Origin: an uncultured Gammaproteobacteria bacterium
Lineage (GTDB): Bacteria > Patescibacteriota > Patescibacteriia > Patescibacteriales > Patescibacteriaceae
DNA length: 38,935 bases
Direction of reading: 5' to 3'
NCBI GenBank assembly: GCA_964444675.1
Contig: CAYUIC010000003.1
Coordinates: 1 to 38,935 of the forward strand
Under the pieces are notes generated by a model. That model was not told the origin of the DNA and made no database searches. It was given only the letters and a program-made list of their open reading frames with translations. Every line of letters starts with the position of its first letter. Positions within the stretch are counted from its first letter, which is position 1. A program made the translations under genes and the position numbers. This document shows, piece by piece, positions 28,819 to 37,451 of the stretch.

Positions 28819-29154
28819 TTAAATAGGAGTTTCCTCTCGCCGACGCGATGACGGAATACTCCAGACATTGCCTTTGGGCTTCTTTTCTGTGGAAAAAGAA
28901 GGAAGCGGAGCGGTTTCAACCGGTTCAGGGCTGTCTTCGCGGCCCGATTTCCAGAGGGCAATATCGCAATTTATTTTATCAATAAGCTCATCTTCTGTCA
29001 ACCCTTTGACGCCTTGAGCCTCTACCATAAGCTCTTCATAATCCGCCAAACTCGTAATCACAAAGGAATTATCAGGATCATGGCGGTCATACACCACGAC
29101 TTTATCCCCTGTTTTTGCGATTAAATTCATGAAGCGCTCAAGACGATCGCTCAT
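28819..29154 (-). CDS. Hypothetical protein between fusA and tuf
   Basis: 111-aa ORF filling the gap, co-oriented. Confidence 0.8.
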   Translation of the reverse strand: MSDRLERFMNLIAKTGDKVVVYDRHDPDNSFVITSLADYEELMVEAQGVKGLTEDELIDKINCDIALWKSGREDSPEPVETAPLPSFSTEKKPKGNVWSIPSSRRREETPI

Positions 29155-29163
29155 AAAGGTAAC

Positions 29164-31245
29164 TTACTTTTTGGCATTCTGGCCAATAATGGCCTCGGCG
29201 ACATGGCGTGGAACCTCGGCATAATGCAAGAATTCCATGCTGTAATTGGCGCGTCCTTGGCTCATCGAGCGCAAAGCTGTCGCATAGCCGAACATTTCCG
29301 CCAACGGCACTTTGGCGTCAATTACCTTAAGATTTCCGCGGTCTGTCATCTGATCAATCTGTCCGCGCTTTGAATTCAAGTCACCGATAACGTTACCCAT
29401 GTATTCTTCAGGGGTGGTGACTTCCACTTTCATAACCGGTTCAAGTAAAATCGGATCGGCTTTTCTCACCGCATCCTTAAAAGCCATAATACCGGCCATC
29501 TTAAACGCAGCTTCAGAAGAGTCGACTTCATGGAAGCTTCCGTCAAAAACCGTGGCTTTGATATCAACCATTGGATAACCTGCCAAGACACCCTTATCCA
29601 AAGCTTCCTTAAATCCTTTTTCAATCGCCGGAATATATTCGCGAGGAATAACTCCGCCTTTAACGCCATCGACAAATTCCGAACCCTTACCCGGTTCTTG
29701 CGGATCAATCTTCATCCAGCAATGTCCGTATTGTCCGCGTCCGCCTGACTGTTTGATATATTTACCTTCTGCTTCAGCTTCTTTGCGGATGGTTTCACGA
29801 TATGAAACCTGCGGTTGGCCGATGTTTGCTTCAACATTGAATTCTCTCTTCATGCGGTCAACAATAATATCCAAGTGGAGTTCTCCCATACCGCTGATCA
29901 AAGTTTGGTTGGTTTCTTCATCTGATTCAACGCGGAAGGTTGGATCTTCTTCAGCCAAACGAGACAATGCAATGCCCATTTTTTCTTGGTCAGCTTTGGT
30001 TTTCGGTTCAACGGCAATTTTAATAACCGGTTCCGGGAAAATAATTGATTCAAGCAAAATCGGGTGATCGACATCGCACAAAGTATTACCGGTAAAGGTA
30101 TCTTTCAAACCGATAACTGCGGCGATATCTCCGGAATAAATCGCGTCGATTTCTTCACGGTGGTTGGCGTGCATACGAACCAAACGGCCGATGCGTTCTT
30201 TCTTGCCGGTCTTTGAGTTCAAAACATATGAACCTGATTTCAAAATACCTGAATAGACGCGGACGAAACAAAGTTTACCGACAAACGGATCAGTGGCAAC
30301 TTTAAAAGCCAAAGCAGCAAACGGCGCGTCATCAGACGGCGGAACGGAAATTTTCTTTGTTGAATCATCAGGGTCCATACCTTCGATTATCGGAACATCC
30401 AAAGGAGACGGCAGATAATTGTTGACGCCGTCCAATACCAACTGTACGCCGATATTTTTCAAAGCAGTACCGCAAAAAACCGGATAGACTTGGTTAGTAA
30501 TAACGGCGTGGCGCAAGGCTTTCTTTAATTCTTCAATAGTAAGTTCTTCGCCGCCCAAATAACGTTCGGTCAACGCTTCGTCTGATTCGGCAATGCGTTC
30601 AACCAATTCGTGGCGGAAAGTTTCAACTTTTTCTTTCATGTCGGCCGGAATTTCGATTTCGGTGATTTGTTCGCCGTTTTGTCCTTTAAATTCAAAGGCT
30701 TTGCGTTCAAGCAAATCAATAACACCGCTCATATTATCTTCTGCGCCGATTGGCAATTGAGCGGCGACCGCACGAGAATTCAAACGAGTGCGGATTGAAT
30801 CAAGAGACATATAAAAATCTGCGCCCATCTTATCCATCTTGTTTACGAAACACAGGCGGGGAACGCCGTATTTGTCAGCTTGGCGCCAAACAGTTTCCGA
30901 TTGCGGTTCAACACCGGCTGCACCGTCAAAGACTGCAACAGCGCCGTCCAAAACGCGCAAGGAGCGCTCAACTTCAACCGTAAAGTCTACGTGACCCGGA
31001 GTATCGATAATGTTAATGCGGTTGTCGTGCCAGAAGCAGGTAGTCGCCGCGGAAGTAATTGTAATACCACGTTCTTTTTCTTGTTCCATCCAGTCCATTT
31101 CGGCAGCACCTTCATGCACTTCGCCAATCTTGTGTTTCTTTCCGGTATAAAATAAGACACGTTCAGTGAACGTTGTTTTACCGGCGTCAATGTGGGCCAT
31201 GATACCGATGTTTCTGGTGTTTTGGAGAGTATATTCGCGGGGCAT
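29164..31245 (-). CDS. fusA: Elongation factor G (start at ATG 31245)
   Basis: [28 protein letters not shown]. Confidence 0.99.
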   Translation of the reverse strand: MPREYTLQNTRNIGIMAHIDAGKTTFTERVLFYTGKKHKIGEVHEGAAEMDWMEQEKERGITITSAATTCFWHDNRINIIDTPGHVDFTVEVERSLRVLDGAVAVFDGAAGVEPQSETVWRQADKYGVPRLCFVNKMDKMGADFYMSLDSIRTRLNSRAVAAQLPIGAEDNMSGVIDLLERKAFEFKGQNGEQITEIEIPADMKEKVETFRHELVERIAESDEALTERYLGGEELTIEELKKALRHAVITNQVYPVFCGTALKNIGVQLVLDGVNNYLPSPLDVPIIEGMDPDDSTKKISVPPSDDAPFAALAFKVATDPFVGKLCFVRVYSGILKSGSYVLNSKTGKKERIGRLVRMHANHREEIDAIYSGDIAAVIGLKDTFTGNTLCDVDHPILLESIIFPEPVIKIAVEPKTKADQEKMGIALSRLAEEDPTFRVESDEETNQTLISGMGELHLDIIVDRMKREFNVEANIGQPQVSYRETIRKEAEAEGKYIKQSGGRGQYGHCWMKIDPQEPGKGSEFVDGVKGGVIPREYIPAIEKGFKEALDKGVLAGYPMVDIKATVFDGSFHEVDSSEAAFKMAGIMAFKDAVRKADPILLEPVMKVEVTTPEEYMGNVIGDLNSKRGQIDQMTDRGNLKVIDAKVPLAEMFGYATALRSMSQGRANYSMEFLHYAEVPRHVAEAIIGQNAKK

Positions 31246-31246
31246 A

Positions 31247-31714
31247 TTAGCGTGCAAAGTGAGCAAAGGCTTTGTTAGCTTCAGCCATGCGCTGCACGTC
31301 GAGTTTCTTTTTCACCGAGGCGCTTTCGCCGTTTGAAGTATCAATAATTTCTGAAGCAAGTTTTTCAGCCATGGGTTTACCTTTACGGGATTTGGCAGCT
31401 TCAATCATCCAGCGGCAAGCCAACATAAATCTGCGTTCGCCGCGGACCTGGTACGGAATCTGGTAGTTGGCTCCACCAACGCGGCGTGAACGAACTTCCA
31501 ACATCGGAGCAACCATTTTTAAGGCTTTACCAAAAACAGCCAAAGGATCTTGAGAAGTCTTTTCTTTTACAATATCAAAACAATCGTAGACAACTTTTTG
31601 CGCCACGGCTTTTTTGCCGCGTTGCATGATGTAGTTTATAAATTTGGCGACTTCCGGGTCGTTAAACTGTGGATCCGGAGCAATATGTCGTTTTGGTGCT
31701 GGTTTTCCGCGCAT
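31247..31714 (-). CDS. rpsG: 30S ribosomal protein S7
   Basis: [21 protein letters not shown]. Confidence 0.98.
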   Translation of the reverse strand: MRGKPAPKRHIAPDPQFNDPEVAKFINYIMQRGKKAVAQKVVYDCFDIVKEKTSQDPLAVFGKALKMVAPMLEVRSRRVGGANYQIPYQVRGERRFMLACRWMIEAAKSRKGKPMAEKLASEIIDTSNGESASVKKKLDVQRMAEANKAFAHFAR

Positions 31715-31720
31715 AGTATG

Positions 31721-32146
31721 TTATTTAGCAGCTTTAGGTCTCTTGTTTCCGTAGAGTGAACGGCTTTGGCGACGAGTTTCAACGCCTTGAGCGTCATAGA
31801 CGCCGCGAATAATTTTGTAACGGACACCCGGCAAATCTTTTGTTTTACCGCCTTTGAGCAAGACGATTGAGTGTTCCTGTAAGTTGTGTCCAATGCCCGG
31901 AATGTAAGCGGTCACTTCCATGCCGTTTGATAAACGGACACGCGCGATCTTACGCAAAGCTGAGTTAGGTTTCTTAGGAGTCATGGTCGTTACTTTCACG
32001 CAAACGCCGCGCTTAAACGGAGAACCTTGGATAGTAATGGACTTTTTGCGGTGCAAGGTATCCAAAGTAAGCTTCAGTGCCGGAGATTTACTCTTGGCTC
32101 TGTTGCTTGAACGACCCTTTTTCAGTAATTGATTGATTGTAGGCAT
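31721..32146 (-). CDS. rpsL: 30S ribosomal protein S12
   Basis: [25 protein letters not shown]. Confidence 0.99.
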   Translation of the reverse strand: MPTINQLLKKGRSSNRAKSKSPALKLTLDTLHRKKSITIQGSPFKRGVCVKVTTMTPKKPNSALRKIARVRLSNGMEVTAYIPGIGHNLQEHSIVLLKGGKTKDLPGVRYKIIRGVYDAQGVETRRQSRSLYGNKRPKAAK

Positions 32147-32181
32147 AGTAAACTAAAAACCCCTATCTGGGGACAAAAGGA

Positions 32182-32210
32182 AGAATACCAAAAGTATAGA
32201 AATAAGTCAA
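32182..32210 (-). promoter_or_regulatory. Promoter of the rpsL operon
   Basis: TTGACT-N17-TATTCT with extended TG. Confidence 0.7.
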
Positions 32211-32294
32211 TAAAAACCCTACTTAAGTCATTAACCCCTAAATCCCCTGTTTTTGACCAATTTTTTACCTAATTTTAGCGTTTTTACTATATTA

Positions 32295-32323
32295 TTGACA
32301 TTTTTTATATATAATGCTATAAT
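32295..32323 (+). promoter_or_regulatory. Perfect-consensus sigma70 promoter
   Basis: TTGACA-N17-TATAAT with extended TG. Confidence 0.85.
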
Positions 32324-32426
32324 ATAATAAATACCTTAACAAAGCTCCTCTTTGAATAATTGATTGAAATTTTTCAACAAATTGAAGTTTCAACCAATTA
32401 TTCAAAAATAAAATGGAGAAACATAA

Positions 32427-32609
32427 ATGAAAAGAATCAAATATGTTGCAAATCTGAGCTTAGGAATCTTACTCATGTTATTCCTTGCAGATTCGGTAGC
32501 GCCCCTGCTAAATGATATAGTAAATGACTATAATTCAAAAAGCGGAGCTGCTCACAGTGAAACATATATTCCAAAACCGAGTTTAGGTGAGGAATATCCG
32601 CACTTCTAA
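32427..32609 (+). CDS. Small hypothetical protein with N-terminal signal/TM segment
   Basis: 60 aa, GGAG SD, own promoter and terminator. Confidence 0.7.
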   Translation: MKRIKYVANLSLGILLMLFLADSVAPLLNDIVNDYNSKSGAAHSETYIPKPSLGEEYPHF

Positions 32610-32631
32610 GATTTCAAAAGAATATCACTCT

Positions 32632-32661
32632 AAAAGGCAGATCCTTATCTGTCTTTTTTTT
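32632..32661 (+). terminator. Rho-independent terminator
   Basis: AAAAGGCAGAT-CCTT-ATCTGTCTTTT plus T-run. Confidence 0.8.
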
Positions 32662-32662
32662 A

Positions 32663-32691
32663 TTGACAATCCCCTCTTTTTATGGTAGTTT
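32663..32691 (+). promoter_or_regulatory. Sigma70-type promoter
   Basis: TTGACA-N17-TAGTTT with extended TG, directly after the terminator. Confidence 0.7.
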
Positions 32692-32753
32692 GAATTATTC
32701 ATTAAAAATTTAATAACAATATCTACGTTCTAACGTAAAGGAGAAAAGAGGTC

Positions 32754-33176
32754 ATGTCTTCAATAAATCTGAGGAACGCAAACGAAGACGCTGAATTCGT
32801 TGATCTACACACAATAAAATCCAACGGCAAGATGGTACTTATGCGCGAAAACTCGACACTGTATTGTCTGGAGGGCAAAGGCACACACAGTATTCAAGTC
32901 AGGCGCATACGATCAAGCTATCTGGCATTCGGTGTCGGTACTATGCTCTTTGTCAGGATTGCAGCTCACGCGGATATACTGGGAAAAACTTTTAATACGG
33001 CGCCAAAAAAGATCCTGCTTATTTCCGAAACCAGGGAAAAGAAATTGGTACGAATGCTTAATCGCGGGTTAAAAACATTCGGCGGAATGATAAAAACGGT
33101 GAAAAAGCAAAAACCATATTATCACGGCAACCGCTTGTTGGGAGAAATCATTGAGGAAACGTTTTATGTTTATTGA
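32754..33176 (+). CDS. Hypothetical basic protein
   Basis: 140-aa ORF, AAGGAG/GAGG SD; no family recognised. Confidence 0.7.
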   Translation: MSSINLRNANEDAEFVDLHTIKSNGKMVLMRENSTLYCLEGKGTHSIQVRRIRSSYLAFGVGTMLFVRIAAHADILGKTFNTAPKKILLISETREKKLVRMLNRGLKTFGGMIKTVKKQKPYYHGNRLLGEIIEETFYVY

Positions 33177-33197
33177 AAAATATTAGAGAAGGACAGT

Positions 33198-33236
33198 ATG
33201 AAACGGATTAAATACATAGAGTCTAAACAAAATTAA
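33198..33236 (+). pseudogene. 12-codon remnant resembling the N-terminus of the 32427 protein
   Basis: MKRIKYIESKQN* versus MKRIKYVA...; purine-rich SD-like segment upstream. Confidence 0.45.
33210..33233 (+). repeat. 24-bp upstream motif, copy 1
   Basis: AAATACATAGAGTCTAAACAAAAT, 23/24 identical to 34021-34044. Confidence 0.85.
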
Positions 33237-33268
33237 TAACGCAACTTAACAACTTAAAGGTGGTGCCA

Positions 33269-33946
33269 ATGAAAACCGAAACAAACGAAGTTAGAGTCTT
33301 GAAAGACTCTGAAAATGACTGGATAGTAAAAGAACTTGAAAAAATCACCGGCTATAAACCCTGGTTTATAAAAGAACAACTGGGTTTTCCGCTTCTTGAT
33401 GTCAGCGCTCTGAGTCAGCAGGAACTCAAAGAAGCTACGGATATGCTGGGCTATGATCTTGATGATCTATTAGTAGAGCTATCTCTTTCCGCGTTAAGGC
33501 GTACAGTAGAAACCGCGGATGAGGCTACTCTGTGGAATCTCTATTACCAAACAGATTACAACTCAACAGTAAAATATGTACTGCTAAACAAACTGCTAAC
33601 GTTTTCAGATTCATTTCTTAAATCGTTAAAACTACTCACCATTATTTACCGCGATGAAATTATTTCAGTTGAAAGTGAGGAGCTGTTAACAAGAACTGTT
33701 ACTTTGTGCGCTTCACAGGCTTCGCTTGAACAAAGCGTTCATATTACCTCGATTTTCAGAAAAACTCAGCTTACAAAAGAAAACGCAGCTCAGGCACAGG
33801 TAATTGCCGAAGCGCAGCTTAAGTATTTAACTTGCGTGGATGATTACAAAAACCTCAGAGCTCTTGATAATTTTGCCGGCTCATATAACTGGGTAGCTAC
33901 ACGTTTGCTGCTTGCTAAACTAAAGACACTCGTAAAGAAAGACTAG
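33269..33946 (+). CDS. Hypothetical alpha-helical protein (start placed at ATG 33269; GTG 33260 alternative)
   Basis: Long ORF, AAGGTGG SD-like motif; no family recognised. Confidence 0.75.
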   Translation: MKTETNEVRVLKDSENDWIVKELEKITGYKPWFIKEQLGFPLLDVSALSQQELKEATDMLGYDLDDLLVELSLSALRRTVETADEATLWNLYYQTDYNSTVKYVLLNKLLTFSDSFLKSLKLLTIIYRDEIISVESEELLTRTVTLCASQASLEQSVHITSIFRKTQLTKENAAQAQVIAEAQLKYLTCVDDYKNLRALDNFAGSYNWVATRLLLAKLKTLVKKD

Positions 33947-33964
33947 ATATAAAATGCTCTTAAC

Positions 33965-33998
33965 AAAAAAGAGGTTGAAATAATCCAACCTCTTTTTT
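33965..33998 (+). terminator. Rho-independent (likely bidirectional) terminator
   Basis: AAAAAAGAGGTTG..CAACCTCTTTTTT. Confidence 0.85.
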
Positions 33999-34004
33999 CG
34001 TATC

Positions 34005-34044
34005 TTGACAAAGGTTTACAAAATACGTAGAGTCTAAACAAAAT
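34005..34044 (+). promoter_or_regulatory. Promoter containing the 24-bp motif, copy 2 (34021-34044)
   Basis: TTGACA-N17-TAGAGT; the -10 lies within the repeated motif. Confidence 0.7.
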
Positions 34045-34073
34045 AATATAAACGCTTTTTTAAAAAATGAATA

Positions 34074-34526
34074 ATGGGCACAAAAATCAAACTAGCTGAT
34101 TCAGTAAGTATTACACGCAGCTCAAAGCAGAATAAAAGACTCACTTTTGAATTTTTAGAATCAAAAAATCACATCGGCAATATGTCGGCGAAAGCCGGTG
34201 ATAATATCCGGGTCGTAGTAAAAAAATTCAAACCAAACAGGAAACATATTATACAATTTACATCAGTTAACAATCCTTTTTCTGAAGACTCAGGGGGCGA
34301 AACAATCGCTCTTACCTTATTCAGGAAAAAAAGAAAATTTTACATCCAGGAATGTCCGGCAATACGAGTCTGGCTTACTGAAAAAGAAAACAAAAAAATC
34401 ATCAATGATCTCGTTGAGTATCTTGCCAGCGCTGCTTGTAAAATATGCACAGAAGCGAAGCTGTCCCCTTTTGAATATAAAGGTAAGCTCATGGATGTTA
34501 AAGAAAGTTCCATGTATTGGTTTTAA
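34074..34526 (+). CDS. Hypothetical basic protein
   Basis: 150-aa ORF downstream of a promoter; no family recognised. Confidence 0.7.
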   Translation: MGTKIKLADSVSITRSSKQNKRLTFEFLESKNHIGNMSAKAGDNIRVVVKKFKPNRKHIIQFTSVNNPFSEDSGGETIALTLFRKKRKFYIQECPAIRVWLTEKENKKIINDLVEYLASAACKICTEAKLSPFEYKGKLMDVKESSMYWF

Positions 34527-34579
34527 AAAATTAGAATCTAAGTAAAAGTATATAATATTTAAATAAATTCGGAGGCTTT

Positions 34580-34717
34580 GTGAATCGCTATAAAAAAAAT
34601 TATTATGCTGTTCAGGAATTTGGCATAAAAACAATACTTAAGATACTATTCTGGTTTGCTGTTGCATATATTGCCTTTTACCTAATAAGTAATGCGGCAA
34701 AAGAAGTTCCTTTATAA
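34580..34717 (+). CDS. Small single-TM protein, 45 aa (not in the ORF track)
   Basis: GGAGG at 34571, GTG start, MNRYKKNYYAVQEFGIKTILKILFWFAVAYIAFYLISNAAKEVPL*, terminator follows. Confidence 0.6.
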   Translation: MNRYKKNYYAVQEFGIKTILKILFWFAVAYIAFYLISNAAKEVPL

Positions 34718-34737
34718 GATCTCGTATTTTCAAATTG

Positions 34738-34763
34738 AGAGAGGCCATTGGTCTCTCTTTTTT
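34738..34763 (+). terminator. Rho-independent terminator
   Basis: AGAGAGGCC-ATT-GGTCTCTCT plus T-run. Confidence 0.8.
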
Positions 34764-34787
34764 AATCTGAACGATAGATTCCTCAGC

Positions 34788-35477
34788 CTAGGCCAAGCCC
34801 GTCAATGCGGTGAAGAGCCACAGTGTGGCCGTAAAAACAAAGCGGAAGACTCCGGTGTAGAGCAGGACCATCAACAGAATAAAACCGTATTGCTCAATGC
34901 GATAAAAAAACATTTTTGCGTTAGTTGGTAAAAACGCCATCAATATTTTAGAACCGTCGAGCGGAGGAATCGGGACAAGGTTAAAGATGCCGAGCATTAA
35001 GTTTATAATACAACCCATCATCGCAAGCGCGACAATGCTCGCAGCGATTGAGCCCGAGACTAAAGATCCAAACTCACCGGCATTGCCCGAAAGAAAGCTA
35101 ATGGCTAATTGCATTTTTGCGCCCGTAGCTAAAGGTATAAAACGAGCAAGCATCGCAAGAATTATCGCAATAATGAAGTTCGTCGCCGGACCGGCCAACG
35201 CGACTTTCAATTCTCCGTACACTTTATCGCGCAAATTGTTCGGATTGTACGGTACGGGTTTTGCCCAAGCAATAAAGAAATTAGATTTAGTTAAAATTAA
35301 AATTAATGGCAAGATTACCGAGCCGATTAAATCTAAGTGCGGGATTGGATTGAGTGTCAATCTCCCCTCTCGTTCGGCTGTATCGTCGCCTAAGTAGCGC
35401 GCCATCCAACCGTGCGCGTATTCGTGGAGAATGGCGGAGAAGATTAATATTATAATGAGGAGTAAAGTGATGAGCAT
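34788..35477 (-). CDS. Site-2 protease family (peptidase M50) membrane metalloprotease
   Basis: HEYAHG, GRLTLNP, VALAGPATN, FNLVPIPPLDG. Confidence 0.95.
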   Translation of the reverse strand: MLITLLLIIILIFSAILHEYAHGWMARYLGDDTAEREGRLTLNPIPHLDLIGSVILPLILILTKSNFFIAWAKPVPYNPNNLRDKVYGELKVALAGPATNFIIAIILAMLARFIPLATGAKMQLAISFLSGNAGEFGSLVSGSIAASIVALAMMGCIINLMLGIFNLVPIPPLDGSKILMAFLPTNAKMFFYRIEQYGFILLMVLLYTGVFRFVFTATLWLFTALTGLA

Positions 35478-35480
35478 AGG

Positions 35481-35951
35481 TTAAGTAGTTAAAGCATCTA
35501 ATGTCTCTAAAAGAGGACGAGAATCAAGATAAAATTTCTCTACTTCTGAAATTGTAAATGATAATTTTTGATATCCATGTGCGATGCCGTTTTTATTTGT
35601 TACTAAGTTATCTAAGGCCCTAGCCTCTTGCGTCATTTGGCCTATGACTGCCTCCCATTGTGGATTGCCAAATTTTTTTATGAGGGCAAATATATTTGAA
35701 TAATCAGGATTTCTAAAAGTTTGATTTATACTGGCTCGTGCGTATGATATGACCTCTCTACTTAATGTTTTCCTTGAAATAAAATCTATTAAAATATTTT
35801 CTATAGCTTCTTCATACATACCACAGATAAACACAATTAAGAACTTAGCAAAGTAAGAGTCTGAAACAATATCAGCCCCTGATATACTTTTTATCTCTTT
35901 CAAAGTTGAGTCAATTGATTCAAGCAATGTTTGAGCAGAAGAACAGTTCAT
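35481..35951 (-). CDS. HEPN-domain protein (RiboL-PSP/MAE_28990-like)
   Basis: IVFICGMYEEAI N-terminal motif, FRNP, LVTNKNGIAHG (Rx4H-like, with K); follows a DUF262 gene. Confidence 0.75.
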   Translation of the reverse strand: MNCSSAQTLLESIDSTLKEIKSISGADIVSDSYFAKFLIVFICGMYEEAIENILIDFISRKTLSREVISYARASINQTFRNPDYSNIFALIKKFGNPQWEAVIGQMTQEARALDNLVTNKNGIAHGYQKLSFTISEVEKFYLDSRPLLETLDALTT

Positions 35952-35969
35952 TTTGAAAATTAAAAATTG

Positions 35970-37040
35970 CTACAGATTTTCAATTGCTATTTTAATGCGT
36001 CCCTTAACAACATCCTCATCAGTAGTGGAGTGCGAAATATACTCTCCGTACCCCGGATTTGCTTTTAGCGCCAAAATTTTAGCATTCAAATCTACTGTGG
36101 CTTCTTCGCTTTTTAATGCTACTGCAGTCATCACTGAATCTAAGATTGTAATATTTATACGCCCAGCTGATAAACGGAATGCATCCCTTCCCGAAGCATC
36201 AAAGATTTTATCTGATGCCCCTTTGAATATTTGGTAAAAATGTTCTTGATCAGGCTGGGAAATATTTGTATACTTTTCCATAAACTCACTAATAAAGTCT
36301 TTCATTGGCTTTTTGTATTCGCTCCAATTTTTGATTAATGCAAGTACTCTTAAAATAAGTTCTAGATCCTTCATTCTTTTATCCGGCTCTGGTTTACCCA
36401 AAAGAGAGCGCCAAGAATCGATATTATTTAACCTGTCTAAGAATGAGTTTATTGGACCACGGTTCACACAATTTCTAACTTCCTGTTCTGTTAATGCCAT
36501 GCCGCCAGTGTTTAAACGCTCAAAAATTTCATAAACACTTTTATTGTCTGATGGGTTAATTTGTTCAAATATAGTTGATCGTAGAATATAATTTTTTAAC
36601 CGACGTTTATCAGTTTCATCTAGTTCTTCAAAAGTTTTCCCTTCCCATTTTTGCTTAACTCCTCTTAATCTAAACTGTGTGGTTTCATCTGCTAAAGTTC
36701 CTCTTAAAAAGAAATGAGCTGAAAGTAAACGCTGCTGTCCATCAACAACCAGAAGGTCACGATTCCTTGTTTCTTGGTATAAAAATACTTGAGGTACAGG
36801 AAGCCCAAGCAAAAAAGACTCAATCAGTTTACTTGCTTTTTTCACCGGCCAAACATATTGACGTTGAAAATCTGGAATTAATATTTCTTTAGAACCTAGT
36901 TTTTGCGATAATATTTCTATAGTTAAATCGGCACCAACGGTGCGAATTTCGTATGGCGCATCATCAATCTCCAAATCGTCATCTTCGGACTCAATTGGCT
37001 CAAGATCTAAATCAGTATTTTGGTAAGATGGCTCTGTCAT
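35970..37040 (-). CDS. DUF262 (GmrS/ParB-like) domain protein
   Basis: IPDFQRQYVW, LIESFLLGLPVP, VVDGQQRL, IFERLNTGG. Confidence 0.92.
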   Translation of the reverse strand: MTEPSYQNTDLDLEPIESEDDDLEIDDAPYEIRTVGADLTIEILSQKLGSKEILIPDFQRQYVWPVKKASKLIESFLLGLPVPQVFLYQETRNRDLLVVDGQQRLLSAHFFLRGTLADETTQFRLRGVKQKWEGKTFEELDETDKRRLKNYILRSTIFEQINPSDNKSVYEIFERLNTGGMALTEQEVRNCVNRGPINSFLDRLNNIDSWRSLLGKPEPDKRMKDLELILRVLALIKNWSEYKKPMKDFISEFMEKYTNISQPDQEHFYQIFKGASDKIFDASGRDAFRLSAGRINITILDSVMTAVALKSEEATVDLNAKILALKANPGYGEYISHSTTDEDVVKGRIKIAIENL

Positions 37041-37078
37041 ATTATTAATTAATAAAAAATTAAGAGATAGAACACTAA

Positions 37079-37450
37079 TTAAATTATTTTACACCATTCA
37101 ATAATCTCCTGAATATCACTTGGATCTTTTGGATAAAATATCTTCATCCCCTTCTCTTTTGCCCACGCTATTTCTTTAATTGCACCTTTCGACGTTTCCC
37201 AAGTCGGCATCGCAAGCACCGCATCTGCCGCTCTCATCAAGAACTGAAAATCAAGATCATAATAAAATTGCTCCGGCGCAGTTACACCTTTACCGCTACT
37301 AAAATGCTCAGTATGATTATGAGCGCAGAAAAAACCAACTTGCGCATTGGCTAAGGCCATCTGATAACGCTCGGCATCACGAATATTTTTTTCAATACAA
37401 TCGCGTGTTCCGTCGCCAATATACGGCCCGGCAATAAAAACTATTTTCAT
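37079..37450 (-). CDS. DUF4406/DUF1937-like nucleoside 2-deoxyribosyltransferase-fold protein (start at ATG 37450)
   Basis: VFIAGPY, ADAVLAMPTWETSKGAIKEIAWA. Confidence 0.8.
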   Translation of the reverse strand: MKIVFIAGPYIGDGTRDCIEKNIRDAERYQMALANAQVGFFCAHNHTEHFSSGKGVTAPEQFYYDLDFQFLMRAADAVLAMPTWETSKGAIKEIAWAKEKGMKIFYPKDPSDIQEIIEWCKII

Positions 37451-37451
37451 A

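Noticed and set aside
361-32132. Many plus-strand and nested ORFs in the track overlapping housekeeping genes
   Set aside because: Antisense or alternate-frame shadows of clearly identified genes, with no motifs or initiation signals
33210-34547. Repeated motif as a CRISPR repeat or integron attC
   Set aside because: Copies are 500-800 bp apart and not palindromic; GTCTAAAC does not fit RYYYAAC, no paired GTTRRRY arm was seen, and no cas or integrase gene is in the window
34317-34931. Track ORFs 34317-34634 (-) and 34692-34931 (+)
   Set aside because: They overlap better-supported genes and a terminator; the 45-aa ORF explains the gap
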